Assembly: GCF_006345805.1 (NCBI RefSeq)
Contig: NW_021835325.1
Location: 1 to 40,511, forward strand
Reading direction: 5' to 3'
DNA length: 40,511 nucleotides
Source of the DNA: Octopus sinensis
Taxonomy: Eukaryota
In this document: one piece after another, positions 1 to 12,100 of the stretch
Layout: each line of letters opens with the position of its first letter
Numbering within the stretch: position 1 is the first letter of the stretch
Made by a program: the position numbers and the translations under genes
Notes under the pieces: generated by a model
What the model saw: the letters and a program-made list of their open reading frames with translations, nothing else
Told to the model about the DNA's origin: nothing
Database searches by the model: none

Positions 1-110
1 ATATATATATATAGTGTGGTGTGTGTGTGGTGTGTGTGTGGTGTCAGTGTTATATATATATATATATAGTTTATATATATATATATATATATTATATTTA
101 TATTAATATC

Positions 111-169
<59 letters not shown>

Positions 170-625
170 GAGAAGGTGTATGTGGTGTGTGTGTGTGTGT
201 GTGTGTGCTTAGAAGTGGAATGGAGAAAGAGGAGTTGGGCCTGAGGAGTAAATATGTTTGGATATTTCATATACACAAGACAGGCAAAGGTAATCCTATT
301 TAAACAAGAGATGATATAGCAGCCAAACATGTCCATGATACCAGCACAAGACCATATACATACATACATACATATATATATATACATACATACACACACA
401 TACATACATACATGCATGCATACATACATACACATACATACATACATACACACATAAATACATACATACATACATACATACATACATGCATACATACACA
501 CACACACATACATACATACATACATACATACACATACATACACATACATATACATATACACACATACATACATACACACATACATACATACACACATATA
601 CACACACACACACATCATATATTAA
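1..625. repeat. Compound microsatellite block: (TA)n, (TG)n, (GATA)n, (TACA)n/(CA)n
   Basis: Directly visible tandem repeats; they explain the first four ORFs (YVCM/HTYI translations). Confidence 0.97.
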
Positions 626-970
626 CATAAATGTGTTACTTGCTGTTTGAAAGCAAAAACTATGTTATAAACTATAAACTGGTAGAGTGGTGGAAGAAGA
701 GCAAGGGTTCATTGGAGCCAGGGGGAAAAGGACGAGAATTTGGTGGGGAGGGGCACCGATTGATTGATTTGTTTATTTTTGGTTTTAGTGAGCTATTTTG
801 GTTTATGGGTTTTGTTGGTTTTTTGTTTGTGTTGCTGTTGTTGTTTTGTCTTGTTTTCAGTTTGCTCCAAGAAACAGTGATAAAACTTAGGTAGACAACA
901 ACAAAACCAAATGGGGTGAGAGCGAACCTAATATTTGCACATATATATACATTATGTATATATAGTTCAT

Positions 971-1145
971 AGGTGCAGGAGTGGCTGTGTGGTAAGTAGC
1001 TTGCTTACCAACCACATGGTTCCGGGTTCAGTACCACTGCGTGGCATCTTGGGCAAGTGTCTTCTGCTATAGCTCGGGCCCCGCCGACCAATGCCTTGTG
1101 AGTGGATTTGGTAGACAGAAACTGAAAGAAGCCTTGGTATATATG

Positions 1146-1180
<35 letters not shown>

Positions 1181-1365
1181 TGTGTGTCTGTGTTTGTCCC
1201 CCTAGGCTTGCTTGACAACCGATGCTGGTGTGTTTATGTCCCGTCAACTTAGCGGTTCGGCAAAACAGACCAATAGAATAAGTACTGAGCTTACATTTGG
1301 CGGTGCTCCAGCATGGCCACAGTCAAATGACTGAAACAAGTAAAAGAGTAAAAGAGTAAAAGAAT
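971..1365 (+). mobile_element. tRNA-derived SINE, family A (internal TA/TG microsatellite, AAAGAGT-type tail), small internal deletion
   Basis: Head GGAGTGGCTGTGTGGTAAG...GGTTCAGTACC (A/B-box-like), CTTGGGCAAGTGTCTT core, 3' end GGTGCTCCAGCATGGCC...GACTGAAACAAGTAAAAGAG; many copies in the window. Confidence 0.9.
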
Positions 1366-1667
1366 AGTATATGTAAATTTACACACACATGTGTGTATGT
1401 ATAATTAATAGTATTTTGTAATCACTTATAAACCAACAATGAAACTGTATAGTACTTAGTACAACTGCAGGGTATTTCGACGCAATAAAATAAATAACTG
1501 TTTTGGTGATGTTTAACTAGATGTATATCTACACTATAAATGAGTGTGTTTGTGTGCATTTGTGTATGTTACAAAAGGCTCCAAAATAACACATCCTAGA
1601 GAAAAACTGATTCAATTTTTGAAATCTGCATCACTAAGTTTTTGGTTATTTGTAATTAAAAAATATA

Positions 1668-2233
1668 TTGGGTTGTCCAGAAAGTTTGTGCTGATTTTTA
1701 AGGGAAAGAAAAAGGTCAATAAATACTTGCCATTACATTTTTAATCAACCAAATATGAACCATTTTGTTGCACAATGTGTCTCCATTTTTCCTTTAACTT
1801 GAAAATGCCCTTTTCCCAGAATTGAGGTGGTTTCATGGCAAAGAATTCATCAAGGTATCTTTTTACGTCATCCAAGGAATTGAAATTTTTACCATTAAGT
1901 CTATTCTGCAGAGACCTGAATAAGTGAAAATCCGGAGGAGCAATATTCGGTGAATATGGAGGGTGGGGTAACACATCCCAGCCAAGCTGTAGCAATTTTT
2001 GTCTGGTTCCCAAAGCATCGAGTGCCGAAAATGAACTTTCTTATATTCCATTTTAAAGGGTTACAGAATAAACACACATTATAGGAACATAAACCTTCTT
2101 CCATGAAAAGATAGCTTAAATGGTGCTCTAAATGAAGGTATAGTCAAGTCCTATTTTATGGACTCAACCATGTTCTAAAATAAGTCGAAAGGTAAGCTAC
2201 TATAAATCAGCACAAACTTTCCGGACAACCCAA
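1668..2233 (-). mobile_element. Internally deleted non-autonomous mariner with both TIRs and TA target duplication
   Basis: 30-bp TIRs at 1668-1697 and 2204-2233 (1 mismatch), TA on both sides. Minus strand encodes MEYKKVHFRHSML fused to GTRQKLLQLGWDVLPHPPYSPNIAPPDFHLF...NGSYLVD, matching the mariner WDVLPHPPYSPDLAP(S)D motif. Confidence 0.95.
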
Positions 2234-2339
2234 TACTTTGCTATGAAAAATAACTCAACTTCCATATTGCCAAATTGAATGTCTTTAGAAGCCACCATCT
2301 TAAACTCATGGTTACCTGAGTATGTGTACATTTGTATAT

Positions 2340-2714
2340 GTGCATGTGTGTGTTGCATCTCATAGCTCTCTGTCTATCTACCTCTCCCCATCTGTCACTC
2401 TCTGTCTTTTATGCTTTTCACCTCTTTATATATATTTACCACACTCTCTCCCATTCTCTCGGTTGTATATGTATATCTCTCACACATGTTGCTCCTCTCT
2501 CTCTCTCTCTTGAGATGACATGTAATGCAAGTCAGTAGCAAGAGACGAGTGCAATCTGTCTATGTATCTCTCTATGTATCTGTCTGTCTGTTTGTCTTTT
2601 ACACTTTTCTCATTGTAAACTTTACTCCCCTCTATATATATTTACCACACTCTCTGTCACATTGTTTTTGTATATGTATATCTCTCATGCTGAGGGTGTG
2701 TATGTGTGTTTGCG

Positions 2715-2745
<31 letters not shown>

Positions 2746-2756
2746 TGTGTGTGCAC
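2340..2756. repeat. CT-rich low complexity with a short internal duplication and (TG)n
   Basis: TATATATTTACCACACTCTCT occurs at about 2427 and 2634; (CT)n and (TG)n runs. Confidence 0.75.
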
Positions 2757-2869
2757 GTAAGGAATTTCATTAGGGTAACAGTGACAAAAGACCCTCACAA
2801 AGCAACAGCAGAGAACTCAAGTGACACCTGAATAGAGAAGAAATAAACTTGACGATATTCAAACATGAG

Positions 2870-3226
2870 TTTCCACTGAACGATCTCAGGAGATGACGAT
2901 TTCAGTCCAAATAACTTCAATTTCCAGAGAGACTTAGCTTTGTCATGACCTTCAACAAATTACAAGGGCAAACATTTTCAGTTGTCAGTTTATATCTTGA
3001 AGAACCCTGCTTCACCTATGGTCAGCTTTATGGTGGATGTTCAAGAGTAAGAAGTAAGAAAAATCTTTACATCTATGCACCAAATGGCAAAGCAAAAAAA
3101 GTTTATTTAGTCTTAAATTATCCCAAATAATGCAGAAATCCATCATCATTATGCAGTCTATTCATCAGGGAAGACATAGTTTGACTATTGTGAAAATTGC
3201 ATAGCAACGACTGGCTACTCATCTAT
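2870..3226 (+). mobile_element. Helitron relic: PIF1-like helicase C-terminus plus probable degenerate 3' end
   Basis: Translates K*LQFPERLSFVMTFNKLQGQTFSVVSLYLEEPCFTYGQLYGGCSRV, matching the Helitron motif QFPVRLAFAMTINKSQGQ...HGQLYVACSRV; in-frame stop present. Confidence 0.88.
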
Positions 3227-3235
3227 TATATATAT

Positions 3236-3399
3236 AGGCACAGGCGTGACTGTGTGTTAAGAAGCTTGCTTCCCAACCACATGGCTCTGGGTTCAGTCCC
3301 ACTGCATGGTACCTTGGGCAAGTGTCTTTGACTATAGCCTTGGGCCGACTTGAGCCTTGTGAGTGGATTTGGTAGATGAAAACTAAAAGAAGCCCATTG

Positions 3400-3432
<33 letters not shown>

Positions 3433-3617
3433 TTGTGTGTTTGTATTTGTTCCCCCAGCATCGCTTGACAACCATTGTTTGCGTGTTTACGTCCTCATAA
3501 CTTAGTGGTTCAGCAAAAGAGACCGATGTAATAAGTCCTGAGGTTGATTTGTTCAACTAAAGACTGTGCTTCAGCATGGCCACAGTCAAATGACTGAAAC
3601 AAAAGAATAAAAGAATA
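3236..3617 (+). mobile_element. SINE family A copy
   Basis: Same head, core, microsatellite and tail as 971-1365. Confidence 0.9.
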
Positions 3618-3625
3618 TATATATA

Positions 3626-3898
3626 TAAATTAATATGTTACCATTATTCAATAGCCAAGGTAAAACTCTGAGTTTCGGATGCCAAAGTGGAAATCCACAA
3701 CACCATCTCTTCAGTTATCTGGCCATCTGAAAAACGCTATTTATGGTGGATTTTCAAGAGTAAGAAGTAAGAAAAATTTATTTATAGCGTTTTTCAGATG
3801 GCCAGATAACCGAAGAGATGGTGTTGTGGATTTCCACTTCGGCATCCGAAACTCAGAGTTTTATCTTGTCTATTGAATAATGGTAACATATTAATTTA
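3626..3898. repeat. Long fold-back inverted repeat, 115-bp arms and 43-bp spacer
   Basis: 3626-3740 is the reverse complement of 3784-3898 with 4 mismatches (aligned by hand). Confidence 0.95.
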
Positions 3899-3969
3899 CA
3901 GATAAATTTCCTCTATTTACATAATATTGAAGTCTCTTTCTTTCATTTGTTATCTTACCGTTTTTACCA

Positions 3970-4002
<33 letters not shown>

Positions 4003-4549
4003 TCATAAAGAAGAATGAAAAGTTGTTCATCTTCAAAATTAATTTATTACAGTATCATTTGATGAGACTGATGCTTTAATAGATTAATTTTGAAGATGTA
4101 TAAATTATCCATTCTTCTTTATGACATCATGATTGTATACTTTGTATACCAAAAGGAAATCCATTAAAGCAAACACAGGATTTACCCATCAGGTTAAGTA
4201 CTGTTTAATTGCTTATCATAAATGATTCTGTATGTTTCTTACCATTCAATGTGGTTACCCACATCTGGATTATATCAGAATGCTCTAAGGTAATTGCCCA
4301 GATTACAAATTCCTTTATATTTTATATCTGTATACATGTATATATATCTATATGTGTATATATATCTGGAAATAAACATAAAGTTTGAATGTTCAAAGTT
4401 TGAATTTTACATTAATTTGTTGGGGTACTCTATACTTTTGTTGAAGAATAATTTATTATTCTTAAACAAGAATATTGTCTGATGATACCTTAACTGGCCA
4501 AGACTTCAAAGTCACTATCAGGAGTATTCTTCTCTAAGAACGCACACAT

Positions 4550-4747
4550 CTATTCTTTTATTCTTTTACTTGTGTCAGTCATTTGACGGCAGCCATGCTG
4601 GAGCACTGCCTCAAAGGGTTTTAGTAAAAAAAGGATTTATTCTTTGTAAGCCTAGTACTTATTCTATTTGTCTCTTTTGCCGGACCCCTAAGATACGGGG
4701 ACATAAACATATCAGATTGGTTGTCAAATGATGGCAGGGAGACACAG

Positions 4748-4809
<62 letters not shown>

Positions 4810-4901
4810 AGCTTCTCTCAAGTTTCTGTCTACCAAATCCACTCATAAGGCCATGGTTGGCCAGAGGATATAGTAGAAGACACTTGCACTCAGTGCCATG
4901 C
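4550..4901 (-). mobile_element. SINE family A copy, 5'-truncated
   Basis: Reverse complement of the family A tail, microsatellite and core. Confidence 0.87.
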
Positions 4902-5618
4902 AAGAATGACTGTTCTTGTTTAGATGCAGAGTTCTGGGTACTATCTCTACTTGAAGAGACAGAATAATACCGAAACACCAGTGTCTCAGATTACGTTACA
5001 TAACTGAAGTAAGTATTTCGTTACCACACATTGTCCAAAGAAAATGTTTTCCAACAAGGAAACCCAACAGCAAATGGCATATACATTTCCAAGCACTGGC
5101 TCAGGAACGAAATTTGCTTAGTTTTGTGGGGGTGCAAACCCAGGTCCATAATTTAATTACAATCAAGGTCTTCTTGTTTTATTTATTTATTTTTGCTCTT
5201 TGTTCTTTGAGAAGACACCTAACTTTAAGATACGTTTTAGCGATTCCTTTCTACACGCTGTTTTCTAAATTTGGTAAAAGTGAGTAGCAGTGCAGATTTT
5301 GATTTTACATGCCCATAATTTTAGGAGGTACACTTGCTCCCCTGCATCCTCTGTTCCTGAGCCCATGTGTCCAAGTCTGGTGGAATGTGTTGAGAATATA
5401 TATATACATTTAGAAATGTGTAAGTGTGAGGGTGTATATGTGTTTGTATACGTATCAATATGAGTAATTATGTGTTTATATTCTAATATAGAAAACTTGG
5501 ATATCTTTGATATGTGTATGATAATCAGAATAGTGCACATTGCAGAGGAACTACTTTACTTTGATTCTTCCATCATTCTGAAATTAACCAAATATACATA
5601 GAAAATAAATATAAAGTA

Positions 5619-6020
5619 AGGCGCAGGAGTGGCTGTGTGGTAAGTAGCTTGCTTACCAACCACATGGTTCCAGGTTCAGTCCCACTGAATGGCACCTTGA
5701 GCAAGTGTCTTCTGCTATAGCTTTGGGCTGACGAAAGCCTTGTGAGTGGATTTGGTGGACAGAAACTGAAAGAAGCCCGTCATATATATGTGTATAAATA
5801 TATATATATATATGTTTGTGTCTATGTTTGCCCCCCACCCAACATCGCTTGACAACCGATGACGGTGTGTTAATGTCCCCGTAACTTAGCGTTTCAGCAA
5901 TAGAGACTGACAGAGTAAGTACTAGGCTTACAAAGAATAAGTCCTGGGGTCGATTTGCTCGACTAAAAGCGGTGCTCCAGCATGGCCGCAATCATATGAC
6001 TGAAACAAGTAAAAGAGAGT
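5619..6020 (+). mobile_element. SINE family A, near full length
   Basis: Complete head-core-microsatellite-tail. Confidence 0.92.
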
Positions 6021-6511
6021 AAACATGCCGTACATGTGTTCAGTAACTAATGCAAAAACACACACATATATACACACCACCACAACCACCACCACTACTA
6101 CTACTACAACAAGAGAGAGGGGGGAGGAGAGAGAAAGCCTGCAAGAAATAGTTTACAAGAAGGTGTAGTACATTTTGGAAGAAGAACAATTTGAAGTGGA
6201 ATTCTTTTTTTTTTGAAAAGAAAAAGAACCTGATATTGGAAAAGAAAAATAGGTTATCTTGGGATTTGAAATCAGTCCTTCAACACCACCTGCATCATCA
6301 CTTTCAACCTATCAATTTCCATACAAACTCTGCCTCTAACCCATACAGCATTTGTCTGTTTAGCTTCAGTAAATATTTGCAATTCAAACTAAACAAAGAT
6401 GGATGTATGATAACATGATAACAATGAATGCCAGAGAGAATAATAGACGGATAGATGGTAGCATGATAGATAGAGAGATAAATAGTTGACTAGACTAATG
6501 GTTAGATGGGT

Positions 6512-6735
6512 ATATATACATATATATATATATGTGTGCATATATGCATTTGTTATCTGTCTTTTACTTGTTTCAGTCACTAGGCTGCTGCCATGCTGGG
6601 GCACTGCCTTGAAGGGTTTAGTTGAACAAATCTCCCCCAGTACTTACATTTTTAAGTTTGGTATTCATTCTATCAGTTTCAGTCATGGGGGTGGGGATTA
6701 ACACAATCAGAAAACCAAACACACAAATATATATA
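6512..6735 (-). mobile_element. SINE family A-related 3' half, diverged
   Basis: TTTTACTTGTTTCAGTCA...CCATGCTGGGGCACTGCC is the reverse complement of the tail. Confidence 0.75.
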
Positions 6736-6946
6736 TATATATATATGGTAAACGGAAACAAATGGATAGCTCAAAACATCACTGTACACATTTCAATAGC
6801 ATTGTTTATTCACAAACCTAAGTCCATTACAAAACATATTAGAGAATATTACACAAATTTACATTGTTACATAACCACTCCATTTCATCAGGTGATATTC
6901 AGCCAAACATTTTGGTTATATATATACGTGTGTATGTGTCTGTGTC

Positions 6947-7029
<83 letters not shown>

Positions 7030-7569
7030 GTTGAAAAGTGGGTTAAGAATCTATACAAATCAAAAGTTATGAAAATAAAGGTTGAAACTGCTTGAAAGAA
7101 TGTTTAAAGATTGTTTTATATTTGTTACATTGAGTAACTTTTTATAGAATATTACTGGTTTTGTTGTGGACGTCCATCTTATCAAATAATAAGAATTGAA
7201 AGTAAAAAATTAGGGAATAAGAAAAAGTTAGAAATTGAACAGTTTGTTCTCATAATTTTTGCAGAGTTAAGAAAATGAGTGAAATTTCATCTTAGAATGT
7301 ATTCTTATATATATTGTCTATGTAAGGGTCTGAAATGCAGTTCAAGGGGTCTGAAAAATAGAATTCTAATATTTGATGCAATGGATATAGACATCAAAAC
7401 CAGTAGTATTCTATAAAAAATCACTTAATGTAACAAATGTAAAACAATTCTTTAACATACTTTCATGCTACTTCCACCTGTAAATTCAAATCATTTGAGC
7501 ACTACTACGTGCATATATTGAGCTTCTCTGGATCTCATTTGTTGATTCTGTCCGTCTGTCTCTCTCTGT

Positions 7570-8370
7570 ATATGTGTGTGTGTCTTTGTGTTTGTCCTCC
7601 AGCCTATTATAATTAGTCCCCCATCCCCACTTGACAACCAGTGTTGGTTTGTTTGTCTTCATGACATAGTAGTTAGGCAAAAAAAAAACCTCCAAGAGAA
7701 TGAATACCGGGTTTAAAAATACAACTTGGAGTGATTTTTAAACAGAACCCTTGAAGGTGGTGCTCCAACATGGCCACAATTCAATGGCTGAAACAAGTAA
7801 AAATAAGATGTGTGTGTATGTGTGTGCATGTATGTATGTGTATGCATGTGTATGTGTATGTATGTGTGTGTGTAAAACTGACTCATGCACAGTTTCTGTT
7901 TACCAAAATTTTTCTACTCCTAAGCTCTCAGTTATAATAGAACACACTTGCTCAAGATGCTACAAGTGGTAGGATTGAACTGTAAACAACACAGCTGCAA
8001 AGCAAGCTGTTTAACTATACAGCCTGTTAATTGTTTCAGTTACTGGACTGTGACTACAGTGGGGAACTGTGCTGAAGGGTTTTTGTTGAATAACTCACAT
8101 CTAGTACATTTTTTTTTTAAAGCCCAGTACTTGTTCTATAGGTCTCTTTTGCTGAATTGCTAAGTTAAGGATATATAAACTAACCAACACTGGTTGTCAG
8201 GTGTGGAGAAGGGTACAAAAAATGCAGGCACAAAAGCATGCACGCATACACACACACACACACACACACTCACACACACACACACTCACACACACACACA
8301 TGCACACACCACTGACTTCCACATAATTTTTCTCTACTAGATTCACTCACAAGGCATTAGTTGACCTGTG
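7570..8370. mobile_element. Cluster of diverged SINE family A fragments in both orientations
   Basis: + tail at 7570-7808; minus-strand head at about 7880-8012; minus-strand tail, (CA)n and core at about 8020-8370. Confidence 0.7.
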
Positions 8371-8375
8371 AGTGG

Positions 8376-8930
8376 GTGAGGCACAAATGTTGCTGCATCT
8401 CTTTTCATTCACAATTCCTCACTCCAAATTTGTTGGCAGGAGCTCCAGGACACACCTGTCATACCAACAAATTTGTCAATTGTTCAATGATGGTCCCCCA
8501 AGATCATTTCATGAATTTTCATGATGTTTTCATTTGTTCAGTAAACCAACTGCCACCCTGAATGAGGTTGGTCCTCAAGTGACAAGTAACCATCCCTAAA
8601 GCATAAACACCACTTGTAAACTTGTGTTTTGCTCATGGCAGTGGTCTTGTAAGCTGTTGAAGCATGACAACTGTTTCAGCTCCTGTTTTCCCCAGCAGAA
8701 AACAGAATTTTATGGAAGTACATTGTTCCTTCATTTCAGCCATCACAAAAATTGATGAACGGGAGAGAAGCACTGCAAAACAAGGATGCACCATTTGGCA
8801 GTATGACCTCAGGGAGCAACGCTGGTCTGCAGACTGACACTTGGGGGTTGCATCAAGTGACTTCTAGCAGCAGAAGCCTGAACTACAATGGGCCTGTCTC
8901 ACAGAGAACGTTTCTAGTTACTTTTGTGTA
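8376..8930 (-). mobile_element. Degraded mariner transposase 5' half (irritans/Hsmar2-like N-terminal HTH)
   Basis: From ATG at 8743: MAEMKEQCTSIKFCFLLGKTGAETVVMLQ/AYKTTAMSKTQVYKW...SLEDQPHSG...ENIMKIHEMIL...MKRDAATFVPH, with stops and a frameshift; matches mariner IKFCF..GK, EDxPRSGRP and K(W/F)VP motifs. Confidence 0.88.
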
Positions 8931-8954
8931 CTTTTTTTTATATATATATATATC

Positions 8955-9258
8955 ACTGTGACCGACCAGGCTATCAGATGTTGCTACACATCACTGGTCA
9001 CAATGCGATTCGCATTGTTTTAGCCTTCAGATGATGCCACCCTGCTGGCTAAGCAAGCAGGCCAACAGAAGAAAGAGTGAGAGAAAGTTGTAGTGAAAGA
9101 GTACAGCAGGGAATCGCCAACACCCCCCTGCCAGACCCTCATGGAGCTTTAGGTGTTTTCACTCAAGAAACACTCACAACACCCGGCCTGGGGATCGAAA
9201 TGGTGATCCTACAACTGCGAATCTGCTGCCCCAACCACAGGGCCATTGCGCCTCCACA
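8955..9258 (-). mobile_element. SINE family B head and body with an alternative 3' tail
   Basis: Reverse complement starts GTGGAGGCGCAATGGCCC, shares the body to ...CTCTCACTCT, then continues with a tail absent from the other B copies. Confidence 0.85.
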
Positions 9259-9261
9259 CAC

Positions 9262-9590
9262 ACACACATATGTGCATGTGTGTGTCTTTGTGTCTGTGTT
9301 TGTCACCACCACTGCTTGACAACTGGTGTTGGCATATTTATGTCCCTGTAACTTAGTGGTGCAGCAAAAAGATACTGATAAAAAAGTACAGGCTTATAAA
9401 CAAAAAAAAATGTACTGGAGTTGATTCATTCAACTACAAATTCTTCAAGGTGGTGCTCCAGCATGACCACAGTTTAGTAACTGAAACAAATAAAAGATAG
9501 AAGAAAATAAAAGATTAAGTGCCATGCTGTAGGATTGAACCCGAAACACATTGTTGCAAAGTAAGCTTCTTAACCACTCAACGCTGAATA
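9262..9590. mobile_element. SINE family A 3' half (+) followed by a head fragment (-)
   Basis: GCTTGACAAC...GGTGCTCCAGCATGACC tail, then GGATTGAACCC...CTTCTTAACCAC. Confidence 0.72.
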
Positions 9591-11149
9591 AAAGTATTTT
9601 TTAAAAATTTATTTTAATATTTCATGTTCAAAAACAAATTTCACTAAATTTTGTTTGAATTTAAATATAATGTGAATATCAGACTTCCTGCACGTGGCTT
9701 TTGTGTCTTTATCCAGTTTCAGATATTAAGTTACATACCAGAAATGAATTGTTTATTTATCTACCTAACTAAAAAAAAAAAAAAAAAAAAAAATTCATAC
9801 TAGCTACAAAACTTCTGGGCTGATGGTTCATGAATTTGTATCCTATGTGAAGTATTATGTTATATCTCTGATGCATTTGTTTTTGTTTTTTTTTGTTATG
9901 TAAATGAGGTTATCAAATTTTCAGTGTTTGTGATAATATATCATTAGCTGCGACTTGTCATTTGAAATTAATGTACGTGATGTTTGCAATGAACACCAAA
10001 AAATAAAGAGAAAAACAACCAGTAAAACTCAGAACAAGCAAACCAATGTTGCATACAAATTTACATGCCCGCATGACAATTGCAAACAATGTAATATAGC
10101 ATAAATGTTTAAGCAGACACCTGATATTGTACCAGTATGGAAAGACACCTGGAACACTTTTGATAAATAAACACATGTAAATTAGAAAGGAAATAATAAA
10201 AATTTAAAAAACAACAACAAAAGAACAAAAACAAAATTACAAACTCTAGAGAATGATACTATTGTTTTACAAGAAAGCAAAGGAAAGAAATGGGAAGAAA
10301 ATAAACAAACTGATGCCACAACAAACAATATCCTTTTTCCTTAACAATCAACAACAAACACAGACTTAACACTAGTTAGGATCATTCAACAAGAATACTA
10401 TGTTTGCTATAGTCATATATGACACATATACATGATAGGGCATACATAATTAACTCAAATGAGAGCAATAAATAACATAAAAATAAACCTGTATCACACA
10501 ACACACAGAAATGGTGTAACCAGCGACATTTGATTTATTGTAACAATGTAAAATTAATAAAATCATCCTTAAAAATGAATTTCAAGGGAATATAGAGAGA
10601 TGCTGGAGATATTTTTAAAAATTATTATTCTACCAAAATGTAATTAGTTATTTAAGGACAATCTGTATTAACTAACTCCTTTAACACTGACCCAACTGAG
10701 AACACCTGTATTAAAATCTCATTCAAAAATCTCATTGCAATATCAATGTTATCCCGAGATGTCAGTTGGTCAGCATCAACAGGATGTAGTAATACAAAAA
10801 TTATATTATACTGGTGCTGCCTAACATATATTTAATAATAAATGAATCAATGAAGTAGAAGATGGTGTTGGATAAAATGCATCAAGATGTTCGTTTTGAT
10901 TTACTGCACTCTGAGTTCAAATCCTGCTGAGGTCAAATTTGACTCACCACCGCTGCTGCCACTGCCACCACCACCACCACCACCACTACTTTGAAATCTT
11001 CTTTTCCATGCTTGCATGGGATGGTTAAAATTTTATTGTGGCAGATTTTCTATGGCTCTTCCTGTGATCAACCCTTACCTGTTTCCAGAAAAGGCAATAT
11101 TTCTCCATGACCAGATATCATATGATGTTGAAGTAAAGAGACAGTAACA

Positions 11150-11300
11150 CACATACACACACGACAGGCTTCTTTCAGTTTCTGTTAACTAAATCTGCTC
11201 ACATGTCACGAAGCTTAGCTGAATCCAGGGCAATAATAGAAGGTACTTACCCAAACTGCTATACAGTGGGACTGAACCCCAAACTATGTAGTTGGGAAGT
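11150..11300 (-). mobile_element. SINE family A head/core fragment
   Basis: GGCTTCTTTCAGTTTC...GGGACTGAACCC. Confidence 0.72.
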
Positions 11301-11574
11301 ACCAATCTAGAGTGGTAGGTTGTTGGACTTGCTAGAGGGTCAGACAAGATGTCTGTTGTGTTAGCTCCAGCCCTTTGTGTTCTGATGCTTGCAATAACAC
11401 TGATGCCAAGTTGTACTGGCCTTAAGGTAGTGACCATGACCTTTACTTTGGACAACATCAATGGTTGGGAGAAGGAAAACTTGTATGTATGAGCAGCTGC
11501 TAGTCTTCTTCAATAAAACCTGTCTAGGGTTATGCATATACATGCAATACATGGTCAAGGAGGAGGAGAGTCAA

Positions 11575-11708
11575 ATAGCTTTGAGATTTCGTTTACTTTG
11601 AGAATGACATTGTAGGAGAGGTGTGAGAAGCCAGATTTGGCTGGTATAAACATGAAATAGGTAGAATATTTGAGCCAGATGTGACTGGTTTAAATGCTAA
11701 GGGGTTAA
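11575..11708. mobile_element. End of a TTAA-bounded (piggyBac-like) MITE
   Basis: Ends ...GGGGTTAA; internal GAATGACATTGTAGG matches the reverse complement of CCTACAATGACATTC at about 22218. Confidence 0.6.
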
Positions 11709-11849
11709 GGGGGCATAGTTTAGTGTGAAAGGAAGCAACTTTAAAGAAAAGAGAATCTGAAGAATAATGCTATTAAGAAATTTGATAAAATTGTCATGGT
11801 ACTTTAGAAGGCAGTGGTGGGTTACTAATTTGTAGAAATTGGATTGGAC

Positions 11850-12100
11850 CTTGATCACTTGCTCTTTATGGATGATCTTAAACTGTTTGCAAAATGAGAA
11901 AAACAAAAATTAACTCCTTGGTGCCAACTGCTGATGCAAAGATTATGGACAAAGAGACAGAGATGGGCAGCAGTAGAGTTGACAGTCAGTATGTGCACGA
12001 GGAAATGGAAAGATGGCAATGGAATGAATATTAATTATCCAATGGAGAGAGAATGACAGACCCAGTGGAAGTAGGGCATAAGTACATTGGAATACCATAG
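11850..12100 (+). mobile_element. Non-LTR retrotransposon RT relic, R4/Dong-like
   Basis: LDHLLFMDDLKLFAK*EKQ at 11850-11905 and HKYIGI at about 12077-12094 correspond to HLL(F/Y)MDDLKL and YKYLGI; stops and frameshifts present. Confidence 0.75.

Noticed and set aside
255-289. WIFHIHKTGK resembling the sulfotransferase 5'-PSB loop (FLHIQKTGG)
   Set aside because: Spacing is off by one residue and no other sulfotransferase motifs are present.
109-630. Long ORFs rich in Y/V/C/M or H/T/I (also 15479-16490, 24017-25195, 30042-31773, 38598-39408)
   Set aside because: They are translations of stop-free microsatellites, with no coding complexity.
967-1247. Recurrent ORFs containing LLSVSVYQIHSQG...EDTCPRCHAVGLNPEPCGW
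   Set aside because: This is the antisense frame of the family A SINE head; it recurs because the SINE does.
6240-6340. Minus-frame GGVEGLISNP resembling PDAP1 GVEGLIDIENP
   Set aside because: Only a six-residue match, with no other PDAP1-like exon in the window.
9771-9792. Run of about 22 A residues as a possible retrocopy tail
   Set aside because: No recognisable upstream element or target-site duplication.
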